Below, one piece after another: positions 18,852-26,023 of a DNA stretch of 26,888 nt. The notes under the pieces were generated by a model that was not told where the DNA came from, ran no database searches, and saw only the letters and a program-made list of their open reading frames with translations. The stretch is taken from positions 1 through 26,888 of the IMG/VR virus record IMGVR_UViG_3300030376_003139; one strand, written 5' to 3'. This DNA is from a virus. Lineage: Duplodnaviria > Caudoviricetes. Numbering within the stretch: the first letter of the stretch is position 1; each line of letters opens with the position of its first letter. Position numbers and translations under genes: made by a program.

Positions 18852-18898
18852 TTTCCTAAAACTGCGCAAGTTTTTGATAAGTAAAAAATATTTTTGCG
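18852..18898 (+). promoter_or_regulatory. Putative phage late promoter 2 (head block)
   Basis: TTTCCTAAAACT (18852) and TATTTTTGCG (18889, an exact TAnnTTTG), 37-nt offset. Inverted repeat AAAACT-N5-AGTTTT at 18858-18874. Confidence 0.65.
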
Positions 18899-18901
18899 TT
18901 T

Positions 18902-19897
18902 ATGAATAAAAATTGGTATAACATTAAAGCAGAAGCGTCTAGCAAATCTGCAGACGTTTATATTTTTGATGAAATAGGTGCTTTTGGCGTAACAGCTCAA
19001 GGCTTCATTGAAGAAATAAAAGAATATAAAGACGTCCCAATGAACTTACACCTTAACTGTGTAGGTGGTGATGTGTTTGAAGGGATGGCTATTTATAATG
19101 TTCTTAAAAAAAGAACAGCAAAAACAACAATATATATAGAAGGTATAGCTGCAAGTATGGGTAGTGTAATTGCGTTAGCGGGTGATGAGGTTATTATGGC
19201 TGAAAACTCACTATTTATGATACATAATGCTTGGGGTGGTGCAATGGGTGAAGCAAATGAAATGAGAAAGACTGCTGCCTTATTGGATAAAATTAGCAAT
19301 GAAATTGCTGATATATATACTAAAAAAACTAATCTACCTTATAATAAGGTACAAGAAATGATGGACGAAGAAACTTGGTTAAGTGCTGATGAGGCTTTTA
19401 ATTTAGGATTTGTTGACTCTATCTCTGACGCTATTAAAGTAGCGGCTAAATATGACGTTTCTAAGTTTAAAAATATAACAGACAAGGAAATTCAAAATAA
19501 ACTAAGTGTTAATTTAAAAAGTAAAAAAATGACCGAAGAATTGAAAAATTGGTTTAACGCTAAAGTTGAGGAAATTATTACTAAAGTAAAAGCTAGTAAT
19601 GAGTCTGAAGCTGAGGATGTTAAAGAGGTAGAGGTAATGATGGTAGATGACAAAGAAGTTTCTGAGAAACTTACAGGATTTGAAGCTAAAGTTACTGAAC
19701 TTGATGGTTTTGTTGCTGAATTAGAAGGAGAAAAAGAAACTCTTACTGAGGAAGTAGAAAGACTAAATGCTTTATTAAGTAAAGCAGACGCTAAGGGTAC
19801 TGAGCTATCAACTGATGGTGACCCCGTAGTAATTGAAAACAAAGTGGAGGACAAAGAAAGTAAGTTCTTCTCTGCATTAGCAGAAAAATTAAAATAA
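18902..19897 (+). CDS. ClpP-family prohead protease with C-terminal scaffold-like coiled coil
   Basis: YIFDEIG, NCVGGDVFEG, GIAASMGS (catalytic Ser), FMIHNAW (His), ETWLSADEA...GFVD; acidic coiled-coil tail; precedes the capsid gene. Confidence 0.93.
   Translation: MNKNWYNIKAEASSKSADVYIFDEIGAFGVTAQGFIEEIKEYKDVPMNLHLNCVGGDVFEGMAIYNVLKKRTAKTTIYIEGIAASMGSVIALAGDEVIMAENSLFMIHNAWGGAMGEANEMRKTAALLDKISNEIADIYTKKTNLPYNKVQEMMDEETWLSADEAFNLGFVDSISDAIKVAAKYDVSKFKNITDKEIQNKLSVNLKSKKMTEELKNWFNAKVEEIITKVKASNESEAEDVKEVEVMMVDDKEVSEKLTGFEAKVTELDGFVAELEGEKETLTEEVERLNALLSKADAKGTELSTDGDPVVIENKVEDKESKFFSALAEKLK
19529..19897 (+). CDS. Possible in-frame nested scaffold protein (122 aa)
   Basis: In-frame ATG after TTAATTTAAAAAGTAAAAAA at the protease/coiled-coil boundary. 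Confidence 0.45.
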   Translation: MTEELKNWFNAKVEEIITKVKASNESEAEDVKEVEVMMVDDKEVSEKLTGFEAKVTELDGFVAELEGEKETLTEEVERLNALLSKADAKGTELSTDGDPVVIENKVEDKESKFFSALAEKLK

Positions 19898-19923
19898 GTA
19901 TAAATAAATAAATAATATAAAAA

Positions 19924-21015
19924 ATGGCAAATATAGCTTTAGACGGTTTAGGGGCGACTTACCAAGGAACTTATGCTTCAAGAATTTTATTAGAACCAAT
20001 GTTTCGTTCTGATGATATTATGCGTAACTACACGGTTTACCCTAACGTAAAATATAAACAAAACTTAATGCTTGCACCTAAATTATCAGGTATAACAGCA
20101 TTAAATACAGGTTGTACATCAACAAACACTTGTGACCCTGCAGGATTTACTGTAGAGCCAAAAGTAATTACAGTTTCTAATGTATCTGTAAAGCAAGTAC
20201 AATGTTGGGACGAGTTCAAAGACCAATTTATCGTTGAGTCTTACAAAAATGGATTAAATATGCCTGACTTGACAGGAACTCAATTAGCAGATGTAATAAT
20301 GAATAGAGTAAGAAATGGAATCCAATCAGATGTTGTAAGAAATATGTGGGCAGGAAATACAGCAGCAGCAGTTGCTGATTGTACATATACTTGGGCAGAT
20401 GGATTATGGAAAACTTTATCAGCAGGAAATGCAATTAATGGAACACAAATGAATGAGGTTACTGCGGCTACTACAGCAGCAGGTAACTTAATAGCGGTTG
20501 GTTCTACTATTGCTGCTGCAGATGCGGTTTCTCTTTTAACTAATGTATTTGATACTGCTTCAGCAGAATTACAACAAATTCCTGCTTCAGAAAAAAGAAT
20601 GTTCGTAACTCCAAACATCTACAATGCATACTATGGTGCTTTAACAGCAGTTGCAGTAGCAGGTGCGGTTGACTATGGTCATTCAGAAGCTCAAACAGGA
20701 GTAAACTATGCTAGATTAAGCTTTAGAGGTGTAGAGTTAGTTCCTATGTATGAATGGGATGTGGCTTTAACAGCTTTAACAGGTGCTGATTTACCACCAT
20801 TATTTACTTGTGCAGTAGCAGGAATCCAAGCAACTCAAGGTTGTATCTATGCTGCTAAAGACAATTTAATTATTGGTTCTAATGTAACAGACCCTGATAC
20901 TCAGCTTAAAATGTTCTATGATGAAGTTTCTGATAATATGTATATCCGTTCTAACTTTACAATGGGATACCAATATGGTTGGGATTCTCTAGTAAATGGA
21001 GGGTGTTTAGTATAA
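19924..21015 (+). CDS. Major capsid protein
   Basis: 363 aa, follows the protease with a long A-rich leader; PNVKYK, LSFRGVELVP and KDNLIIGSN motifs. Confidence 0.8.
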   Translation: MANIALDGLGATYQGTYASRILLEPMFRSDDIMRNYTVYPNVKYKQNLMLAPKLSGITALNTGCTSTNTCDPAGFTVEPKVITVSNVSVKQVQCWDEFKDQFIVESYKNGLNMPDLTGTQLADVIMNRVRNGIQSDVVRNMWAGNTAAAVADCTYTWADGLWKTLSAGNAINGTQMNEVTAATTAAGNLIAVGSTIAAADAVSLLTNVFDTASAELQQIPASEKRMFVTPNIYNAYYGALTAVAVAGAVDYGHSEAQTGVNYARLSFRGVELVPMYEWDVALTALTGADLPPLFTCAVAGIQATQGCIYAAKDNLIIGSNVTDPDTQLKMFYDEVSDNMYIRSNFTMGYQYGWDSLVNGGCLV

Positions 21016-21041
21016 TTATTAACTTTAAAAAATAGAATAAA

Positions 21042-21620
21042 ATGGCAATAGAAACAGGATTATTAGTAGCTTGTGCGGATTTACAGGCAGTAGGCGGTAT
21101 AAGACAAATTCTTTTAACAGATTTGACTAATATTGATACTTTAACTGCAGGTTCTGACCACGATTATAGCAGTATTGTCGTTAGTGGCTCACCTAATTGG
21201 GCAAGATTTGAGTTTAAAAATGAAACAGCTTCTTTAACTATTACAGGTGCAAAAGAAAACGGAAGCACATCTTATGAGTGTGCAGTAAGTTTTTATTTAC
21301 CTAGTATTAAAGGAACAGCATTTGAGCAACTTACTCAATTAGAAACTTCTTGTGCGGTAGCATTAGTAGAGCTAACAAGCGGTAAAAAAATGGTGGTTGG
21401 TATAAGCGAAAAGTATGGTAGTCAAGGTGTTGACACTAATACTTGGGATAGAAACCAAACATACGCAAACCTTACTTCAATAGAAGGAGGTAGTGGTGCT
21501 GCTTATGCAGATGAGAACGGAGTAACAGTTACTTTAACAGCTAGACAGTTTGAGCTTCCTAGAGAATACACGGGAACTATAACTCCTCAAGCGGGTGACA
21601 TTACTGCGGTAACAACTTAA
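21042..21620 (+). CDS. Probable major tail (tube) protein
   Basis: 192 aa, beta-rich, C...VGGIRQI...ENGSTSYE...GSGAAYADENGVTVTLTA; directly after the capsid gene and before a strong hairpin. Confidence 0.65.
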   Translation: MAIETGLLVACADLQAVGGIRQILLTDLTNIDTLTAGSDHDYSSIVVSGSPNWARFEFKNETASLTITGAKENGSTSYECAVSFYLPSIKGTAFEQLTQLETSCAVALVELTSGKKMVVGISEKYGSQGVDTNTWDRNQTYANLTSIEGGSGAAYADENGVTVTLTARQFELPREYTGTITPQAGDITAVTT

Positions 21621-21632
21621 TAAGCAAATTTT

Positions 21633-21672
21633 AGATAAATAGCGAGGGGGAAACCCCTTGCTAAATATCTTT
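21633..21672 (+). terminator. Stem-loop after the capsid/tail tube genes (terminator or mRNA stabiliser)
   Basis: TAGCGAGGGG-GAAA-CCCCTTGCTA (21640-21663; 10 bp, one G-U, GNRA loop), extendable by AGATA/TATCT. The U-tract is weak. Confidence 0.6.
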
Positions 21673-21716
21673 CCTATGTGTGGTTGTAACAACAATAAAA
21701 AAATTGTAAATTTACC
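21670..21716 (+). promoter_or_regulatory. Putative phage late promoter 3 (portal block)
   Basis: TTTCCTA (21670) and TAAATTTACC (21707), same 37-nt offset, immediately after the hairpin. Confidence 0.5.
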
Positions 21717-21738
21717 ACACTTAAAAATATATTTAATT

Positions 21739-21969
21739 ATGGCAAAGTATTCAATAAAAGAAAAATATAAAGGATTAGCAACAAGTTTTTATGATGGTCT
21801 TTTTGTTAGATGGGATAATGTTTCTCAAGAAGAGCTTGCCCATATTTACGAGGAGGTTAATGGAGGAAAATCTTTTGTAAATAAAATTGAAAAAACAAAA
21901 AAATCAAATGAGGAAAGCACCATTAAAGCGTCAAACAAAAAAACAAAGTCAACTAAGAAAGACGACTAA
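21739..21969 (+). CDS. Small hypothetical protein with Lys-rich tail (76 aa)
   Basis: ATG 21739 (MAKYSIKEKY...SQEELAHIYE) preferred; upstream starts fall in the hairpin or promoter. Confidence 0.65.
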   Translation: MAKYSIKEKYKGLATSFYDGLFVRWDNVSQEELAHIYEEVNGGKSFVNKIEKTKKSNEESTIKASNKKTKSTKKDD

Positions 21970-23230
21970 AAGTAATACATTTGAGTTTGGGGTATTTGAT
22001 TTAGCTATCCCACCAAATATTACTGAACCAAAAAATTTAAAAAATATCGCTACTAAGTGGGTTCCATTTGGTACTGATAATTTATTTCCTCAATATTTAG
22101 CAGAGCTAAAGAGAAAATCATCAACACATAGAAGTGTTTTAGCTCAAAAAACTGTATTTACAAGTGGAGCAAAATTTGTTTGTGATAATGAACCCTTAAG
22201 AGAGTTTATAGAAGATGTAAATGCAAACCAAGAATCATTAAGAGATGTATTTAAGAAATTAGCAGATGACTATTATACGTTTGGTAATGCGTATATGGAA
22301 TGTGTAAAATATGATGGAGGTGTAAACCTTTATCACTTAGACGCTACAACAGTTAGAATGTCTAAATCAAAAAAAGAAGTTTATGTAAATTCTGATTGGT
22401 GTAAGTATTGGAACAATGACGATAAAATGTATAGATTGCCTATATACCCAAGAGTAGCACATAATAAATTTGTAATACACTTTAAAGATTATGAGCCTAC
22501 GTTTAACTTTTATGGGTTACCTGATTATGTTGCTGCACTAGAACATATTGCAGTAGACTATGAAATCGGTAAATGGAATCATACTAAGTTTTTAAATGGC
22601 TTTCAGCCTTCTGCTATTGTAGAAATTAGTGGAGATATGGGCGAAGAAGAAGCTCAGAAAATGGTTAAGGAAGCACAAAAGAAATTTGTTGGTGAGGGCA
22701 ATAATGGTAAAATATTATTTATAGTTAAGAATGGTGACACATCACCTGCTAACGTACAGATAATAAAAGATGACCAAGAAGGAAGTTGGATAGAATTACA
22801 ACAAATTACAGACCAAAATATAATTACCGCTAATAGATGGCAACCATCTTTATCAGGTATAGTAAGTTCAGGAAAAATGAATAATACAGGAAGTGAAATT
22901 AGAATAGCATACGATTTAGTAATGACTACTGTAATTAGGGATACTTCCGAATTAATATTAAATGGAATTAGAACGGTTCTTTATAATGAAATGGGGTATG
23001 ACCCTAGAGATTTAAAAATTCATTATGAGCCGCCAATCTCATACGCTAATGACGTGGACATTAGAGAGGTACTAACTATTAACGAGCAAAGAATGTTAAT
23101 AGATGAAGATTTACCTATGTTAGAAGATGGCGATATGTTTGTTGCAGACAGAGAGATTATTGTAACAGAGAGAGATGATGATGGAGATGGTGAAATAGAC
23201 GAATCAAAAGAAATAACAGTAGAACAATAA
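21908..23230 (+). CDS. Portal protein
   Basis: WVPFGTDNLFPQYL, SSTHRS, DYYTFGNAY, YGLPDY, NGFQPS, KFVGEGN.GK, LTINEQR...LP; ATG 21908 (the track starts at TTG 21887). Confidence 0.9.
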   Translation: MRKAPLKRQTKKQSQLRKTTKSNTFEFGVFDLAIPPNITEPKNLKNIATKWVPFGTDNLFPQYLAELKRKSSTHRSVLAQKTVFTSGAKFVCDNEPLREFIEDVNANQESLRDVFKKLADDYYTFGNAYMECVKYDGGVNLYHLDATTVRMSKSKKEVYVNSDWCKYWNNDDKMYRLPIYPRVAHNKFVIHFKDYEPTFNFYGLPDYVAALEHIAVDYEIGKWNHTKFLNGFQPSAIVEISGDMGEEEAQKMVKEAQKKFVGEGNNGKILFIVKNGDTSPANVQIIKDDQEGSWIELQQITDQNIITANRWQPSLSGIVSSGKMNNTGSEIRIAYDLVMTTVIRDTSELILNGIRTVLYNEMGYDPRDLKIHYEPPISYANDVDIREVLTINEQRMLIDEDLPMLEDGDMFVADREIIVTERDDDGDGEIDESKEITVEQ

Positions 23231-23231
23231 A

Positions 23232-23861
23232 ATGGGAAATACAAAACAATACAAAACATTAGTTACAGCAGGAGAGGTTATTAGCAAAACATTTACTAAT
23301 AAAAATACAGACCCTGTTTTAGTTTCTGAAAATACGCTTGTATTGGCTGAGTTAGCTCATTTAAGACCCTTGTTAGGGGATAAGTTTTACGCAGAATTAA
23401 AAGAGCAACACAATGTAGGTGACTATCCTACTGTTGGTGGTTTATCTCAAAATAATCAAACTTTTATGGATTATTATTTAGAGGATTGCCTGTGTTGGTT
23501 TACTAGATTTGAAGTGGTAAATGACATAATGAGCAACATAACATCTAGTGGGGTTGTTCATAATATAGATGAGTTTTCAAGAATAATTACTCCTGCAGAT
23601 TATAATGCTTTTAAACAAGACACATACAGAAAGGCGGAAATATTTGCTAATGATATGATAGATTATTTAAACGGTACAGACCAAGCAGGAATGTTTCCTA
23701 CTTATAATAGTAATAAACCAAATAAGCTAAACAAGACATATAAAAATCACGGTATGATTTTTTATGATAGTATATATGGATATAATGGTGTAGAGGGCTG
23801 TATAACTTGTGGTACAGATTATGAAAATGGTGGTTGCAACTGTGGTTGTAGCGATTGTTAA
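23232..23861 (+). CDS. Head-tail adaptor/head completion-like protein with Cys-rich tail
   Basis: 209 aa directly after the portal; HLRPLLGDKFYAEL, ITSSGV, MIDYL...FPTY. Confidence 0.6.
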   Translation: MGNTKQYKTLVTAGEVISKTFTNKNTDPVLVSENTLVLAELAHLRPLLGDKFYAELKEQHNVGDYPTVGGLSQNNQTFMDYYLEDCLCWFTRFEVVNDIMSNITSSGVVHNIDEFSRIITPADYNAFKQDTYRKAEIFANDMIDYLNGTDQAGMFPTYNSNKPNKLNKTYKNHGMIFYDSIYGYNGVEGCITCGTDYENGGCNCGCSDC

Positions 23862-23871
23862 AAATAAATAA

Positions 23872-24507
23872 ATGGCAGCTAACGAACATAAAAATTTAAC
23901 AGACGTAAACAGACATAACCCAAAAGGTTTTGAAACTGCTAACAATGATACAGTATGCAGCAAGGGCATAGGTAGTGGAACTACGGCTACAGATGGTAGT
24001 TTAGAATGGGTAGAAAAAAGTGAATTAAAAACAGAAAGCTTTGATATACAGGGCTATGTAACGGCAGCTAATTCAAATTATTATTACGGAAATAATATGA
24101 CTGATGGGCAATCTCCTAATGAATATGACCAAGGCTATGGGGCTTCCACAGTAGGTGATGCTACGTTAAATGTAGGAGATTTTTTTAAGGTAAAATCAAT
24201 AGTAATTAATAATGATTGTACTTTAAAAAGAATATATTTATTAGCAAACTCCACTACAGCTTCTGTAGTTACAGTTGCACTATGTAAGGTAACTTTTGCT
24301 TCAGGTGTTCTAGACCCTGTAACGCCTGTGCTTTTAAACGAAATAAGTATTACGGGTTTATCAGATAATGATAAGGTGGTAGTTGCAAGAAATTTAGCTC
24401 CTGAAACTTCTTTAACTGCAGGTGATGTATTGTTTGCAATGGTAAAATGTAGTTTAGCAGCAACATCATTTTTTAAAGTAGGAATAGAAGTGGGGTATGA
24501 CAATTAA
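23872..24507 (+). CDS. Hypothetical, probably virion structural protein
   Basis: 211 aa, NEHKNL...HNPKGFE N-terminus, GSLEW linker, beta-rich C-terminal domain. Confidence 0.65.
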   Translation: MAANEHKNLTDVNRHNPKGFETANNDTVCSKGIGSGTTATDGSLEWVEKSELKTESFDIQGYVTAANSNYYYGNNMTDGQSPNEYDQGYGASTVGDATLNVGDFFKVKSIVINNDCTLKRIYLLANSTTASVVTVALCKVTFASGVLDPVTPVLLNEISITGLSDNDKVVVARNLAPETSLTAGDVLFAMVKCSLAATSFFKVGIEVGYDN

Positions 24508-24520
24508 TAACAAACATACA

Positions 24521-24676
24521 ATGAAAGATACAATAGAAGATACGATACAAGTGGGAATGGCAAATGCAGGAGCAATAGGAATATCATTAGCATCATTTAA
24601 TGAGGTGTTAACGACAGTATCTTTGTTAATAGCAATAGGATTCTCAATATATAAATTTATAAAAACAAGAAAATAA
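24521..24676 (+). CDS. Small membrane protein, holin-like (not in the ORF track)
   Basis: MKDTIEDTIQVGMANAGAIGISLASFNEVLTTVSLLIAIGFSIYKFIKTRK, hydrophobic with a basic C-terminus. Alternative in-frame ATG at 24497; TAA-T-ATG junction to the next gene. Confidence 0.65.
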   Translation: MKDTIEDTIQVGMANAGAIGISLASFNEVLTTVSLLIAIGFSIYKFIKTRK

Positions 24677-24677
24677 T

Positions 24678-25121
24678 ATGGCAAGTACAGTAACAGCATC
24701 AGACCTAACGGTAACTATAACAGAATCATACACATTAAACAATGTTGCTTATGGTAATAGTACAAATAAAACATTTACATCTAAGGGTCAGATTGACCAA
24801 AGAATAATGAATGTAGCTACATCATCTACAACTTTATTTATGTTTGATACTGCTGATAGCGCAGGAACAGCAGTTGCAGCAGATTATGTTTATTTTAGAA
24901 TAACTAATTTAGACGATACAAACTTTGTTACTTTAAGGTTATACAATGGTGCTGATAGTTTTTGGCTTAAAATAGCTGCAGGGGAAAGCTTATTGTTAAT
25001 GAACAATGAAATGGATGCTGTAACAGGCACGGCTTTTGGTGCTTTAGCAGATATCTCCCACATATACGGTCAAGCAGATACAGCAGCATGTGATGTAGAA
25101 TTTATGGTAGTAACTGCATAA
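24678..25121 (+). CDS. Hypothetical, probably virion structural protein
   Basis: 147 aa, Thr/Ala-rich beta protein, LTVTITESYTLN...YFRITNLDDTNFVTL. Confidence 0.7.
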   Translation: MASTVTASDLTVTITESYTLNNVAYGNSTNKTFTSKGQIDQRIMNVATSSTTLFMFDTADSAGTAVAADYVYFRITNLDDTNFVTLRLYNGADSFWLKIAAGESLLLMNNEMDAVTGTAFGALADISHIYGQADTAACDVEFMVVTA

Positions 25122-25122
25122 T

Positions 25123-25251
25123 ATGGCTAAAAAAAGAAAGCTAAACTCTAAAAATCCAAAATACATGGACGAAGTAGTTGAGGTTAAAAACACCAAGAAA
25201 CTTATTAGAGAGATAAAAGGAGTACGAATTTACGCTGTTTTTAATGAATAG
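25123..25251 (+). CDS. Small basic protein, 42 aa (not in the ORF track)
   Basis: MAKKRKLNSKNPKYMDEVVEVKNTKKLIREIKGVRIYAVFNE; fills the gap exactly, starts at a TAA-T-ATG junction and overlaps the next gene by 8 nt. Confidence 0.6.
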   Translation: MAKKRKLNSKNPKYMDEVVEVKNTKKLIREIKGVRIYAVFNE

Positions 25252-25657
25252 TTGTAATTTATTCCTAGTAAGGGATGCTTTTACTGATAAATCTGTTATT
25301 GGTAAGCTTTATCTTAATGGAGAATTTATAGCACATACATTAGAACTTCCTTGGAAAAACAACCAAAAAGGTATATCTTGCATCCCGAAAGGAGTGTATG
25401 ATTGTAGGGTTAGATTGGCTGAACAAAGCGCAAGTAGAGATTACACACACCTTATTGTAGATGATGTTCCTGATAGAAGTTACATTTTATTTCATAGGGG
25501 TAATTCTGCAAAAGATAGTAGGGGTTGTATTTTAACAGGAATGATGAGAGGTGATGACGTTATATATCAAAGCAAGTCAGCTCATAGTCTACTGATGAAA
25601 ACAATCATAGATAACAAGATGGAAAATAAAATTGAATTAGTAATTAAAAATAGATAA
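25244..25657 (+). CDS. DUF5675-like protein, putative endolysin
   Basis: GKLYLNGEF..HTLELPW.NN...ISCIPKGVY...VPDRSYILFHRGN...DSRGCILTG; adjacent to a holin-like gene. Confidence 0.75.
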   Translation: MNSCNLFLVRDAFTDKSVIGKLYLNGEFIAHTLELPWKNNQKGISCIPKGVYDCRVRLAEQSASRDYTHLIVDDVPDRSYILFHRGNSAKDSRGCILTGMMRGDDVIYQSKSAHSLLMKTIIDNKMENKIELVIKNR

Positions 25658-25658
25658 T

Positions 25659-25859
25659 ATGAGTAATTTTTTTGAGAAGTTTTTATTAGGAACAATGTTT
25701 AAGAGCAAAAAGTTTTGGTACACGGTAGTTGGTATTGTTACAACTTTTTTTAGCGACACTTTTGGATTAGATGCAACAGAGGTTAATAATATTCTAACGA
25801 GTATTTGTGCCTTAGTTTTAGGACAAGGTATTGCTGATACTGCAAAAGCAAAGAAATAA
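25659..25859 (+). CDS. Putative holin
   Basis: 66 aa, KSKKFW then two hydrophobic segments, GQGIAD and a basic end. Confidence 0.7.
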   Translation: MSNFFEKFLLGTMFKSKKFWYTVVGIVTTFFSDTFGLDATEVNNILTSICALVLGQGIADTAKAKK

Positions 25860-25890
25860 TTTGTTTATTAAATAAATATAGTTAACTTTG
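25860..25890 (+). promoter_or_regulatory. Bacteroidota housekeeping-sigma promoter
   Basis: TTTG (25860-25863), 19-nt spacer, TAACTTTG (25883-25890): matches the -33 TTTG / -7 TAnnTTTG consensus. Confidence 0.7.
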
Positions 25891-25894
25891 TAGT

Positions 25895-25976
25895 CCTTCT
25901 CTGAGTGTTTTCATAGTGGGTTTTAGTTAGCAGTAATTAAGAGTGAGAGGTTAATAACTTCTCACTCTTTCTATTT
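25895..25976 (+). ncRNA. Candidate ~80-nt small RNA or attenuated leader
   Basis: ATG-free stretch between a consensus promoter and a 14-bp hairpin; ends are approximate. Confidence 0.4.
25939..25976 (+). terminator. Intrinsic terminator-like hairpin
   Basis: AAGAGTGAGAGGTT-AAT-AACTTCTCACTCTT (14 bp, one G-U) followed by TCTATTT. Confidence 0.7.
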
Positions 25977-26023
25977 ATAAGGTTTTTTTTATTATATATT
26001 TACTAAAACTAAAATTATAAATT

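Noticed and set aside
21658-21738. N-terminal extension MLNIFPMCGCNNN... of the small pre-portal ORF
   Set aside because: It overlaps the hairpin and promoter 3; ATG 21739 has the better context.
21887-21969. Programmed frameshift fusing the small ORF to the portal via A-runs
   Set aside because: It would need a +1 shift, the portal has its own ATG at 21908, and A-runs are common in this genome.
25995-26002. TATATTTA as a separate promoter for the phosphoesterase
   Set aside because: Imperfect -7 box with neither a -33 TTTG nor the TTTCC box at the right distance; too weak to call.
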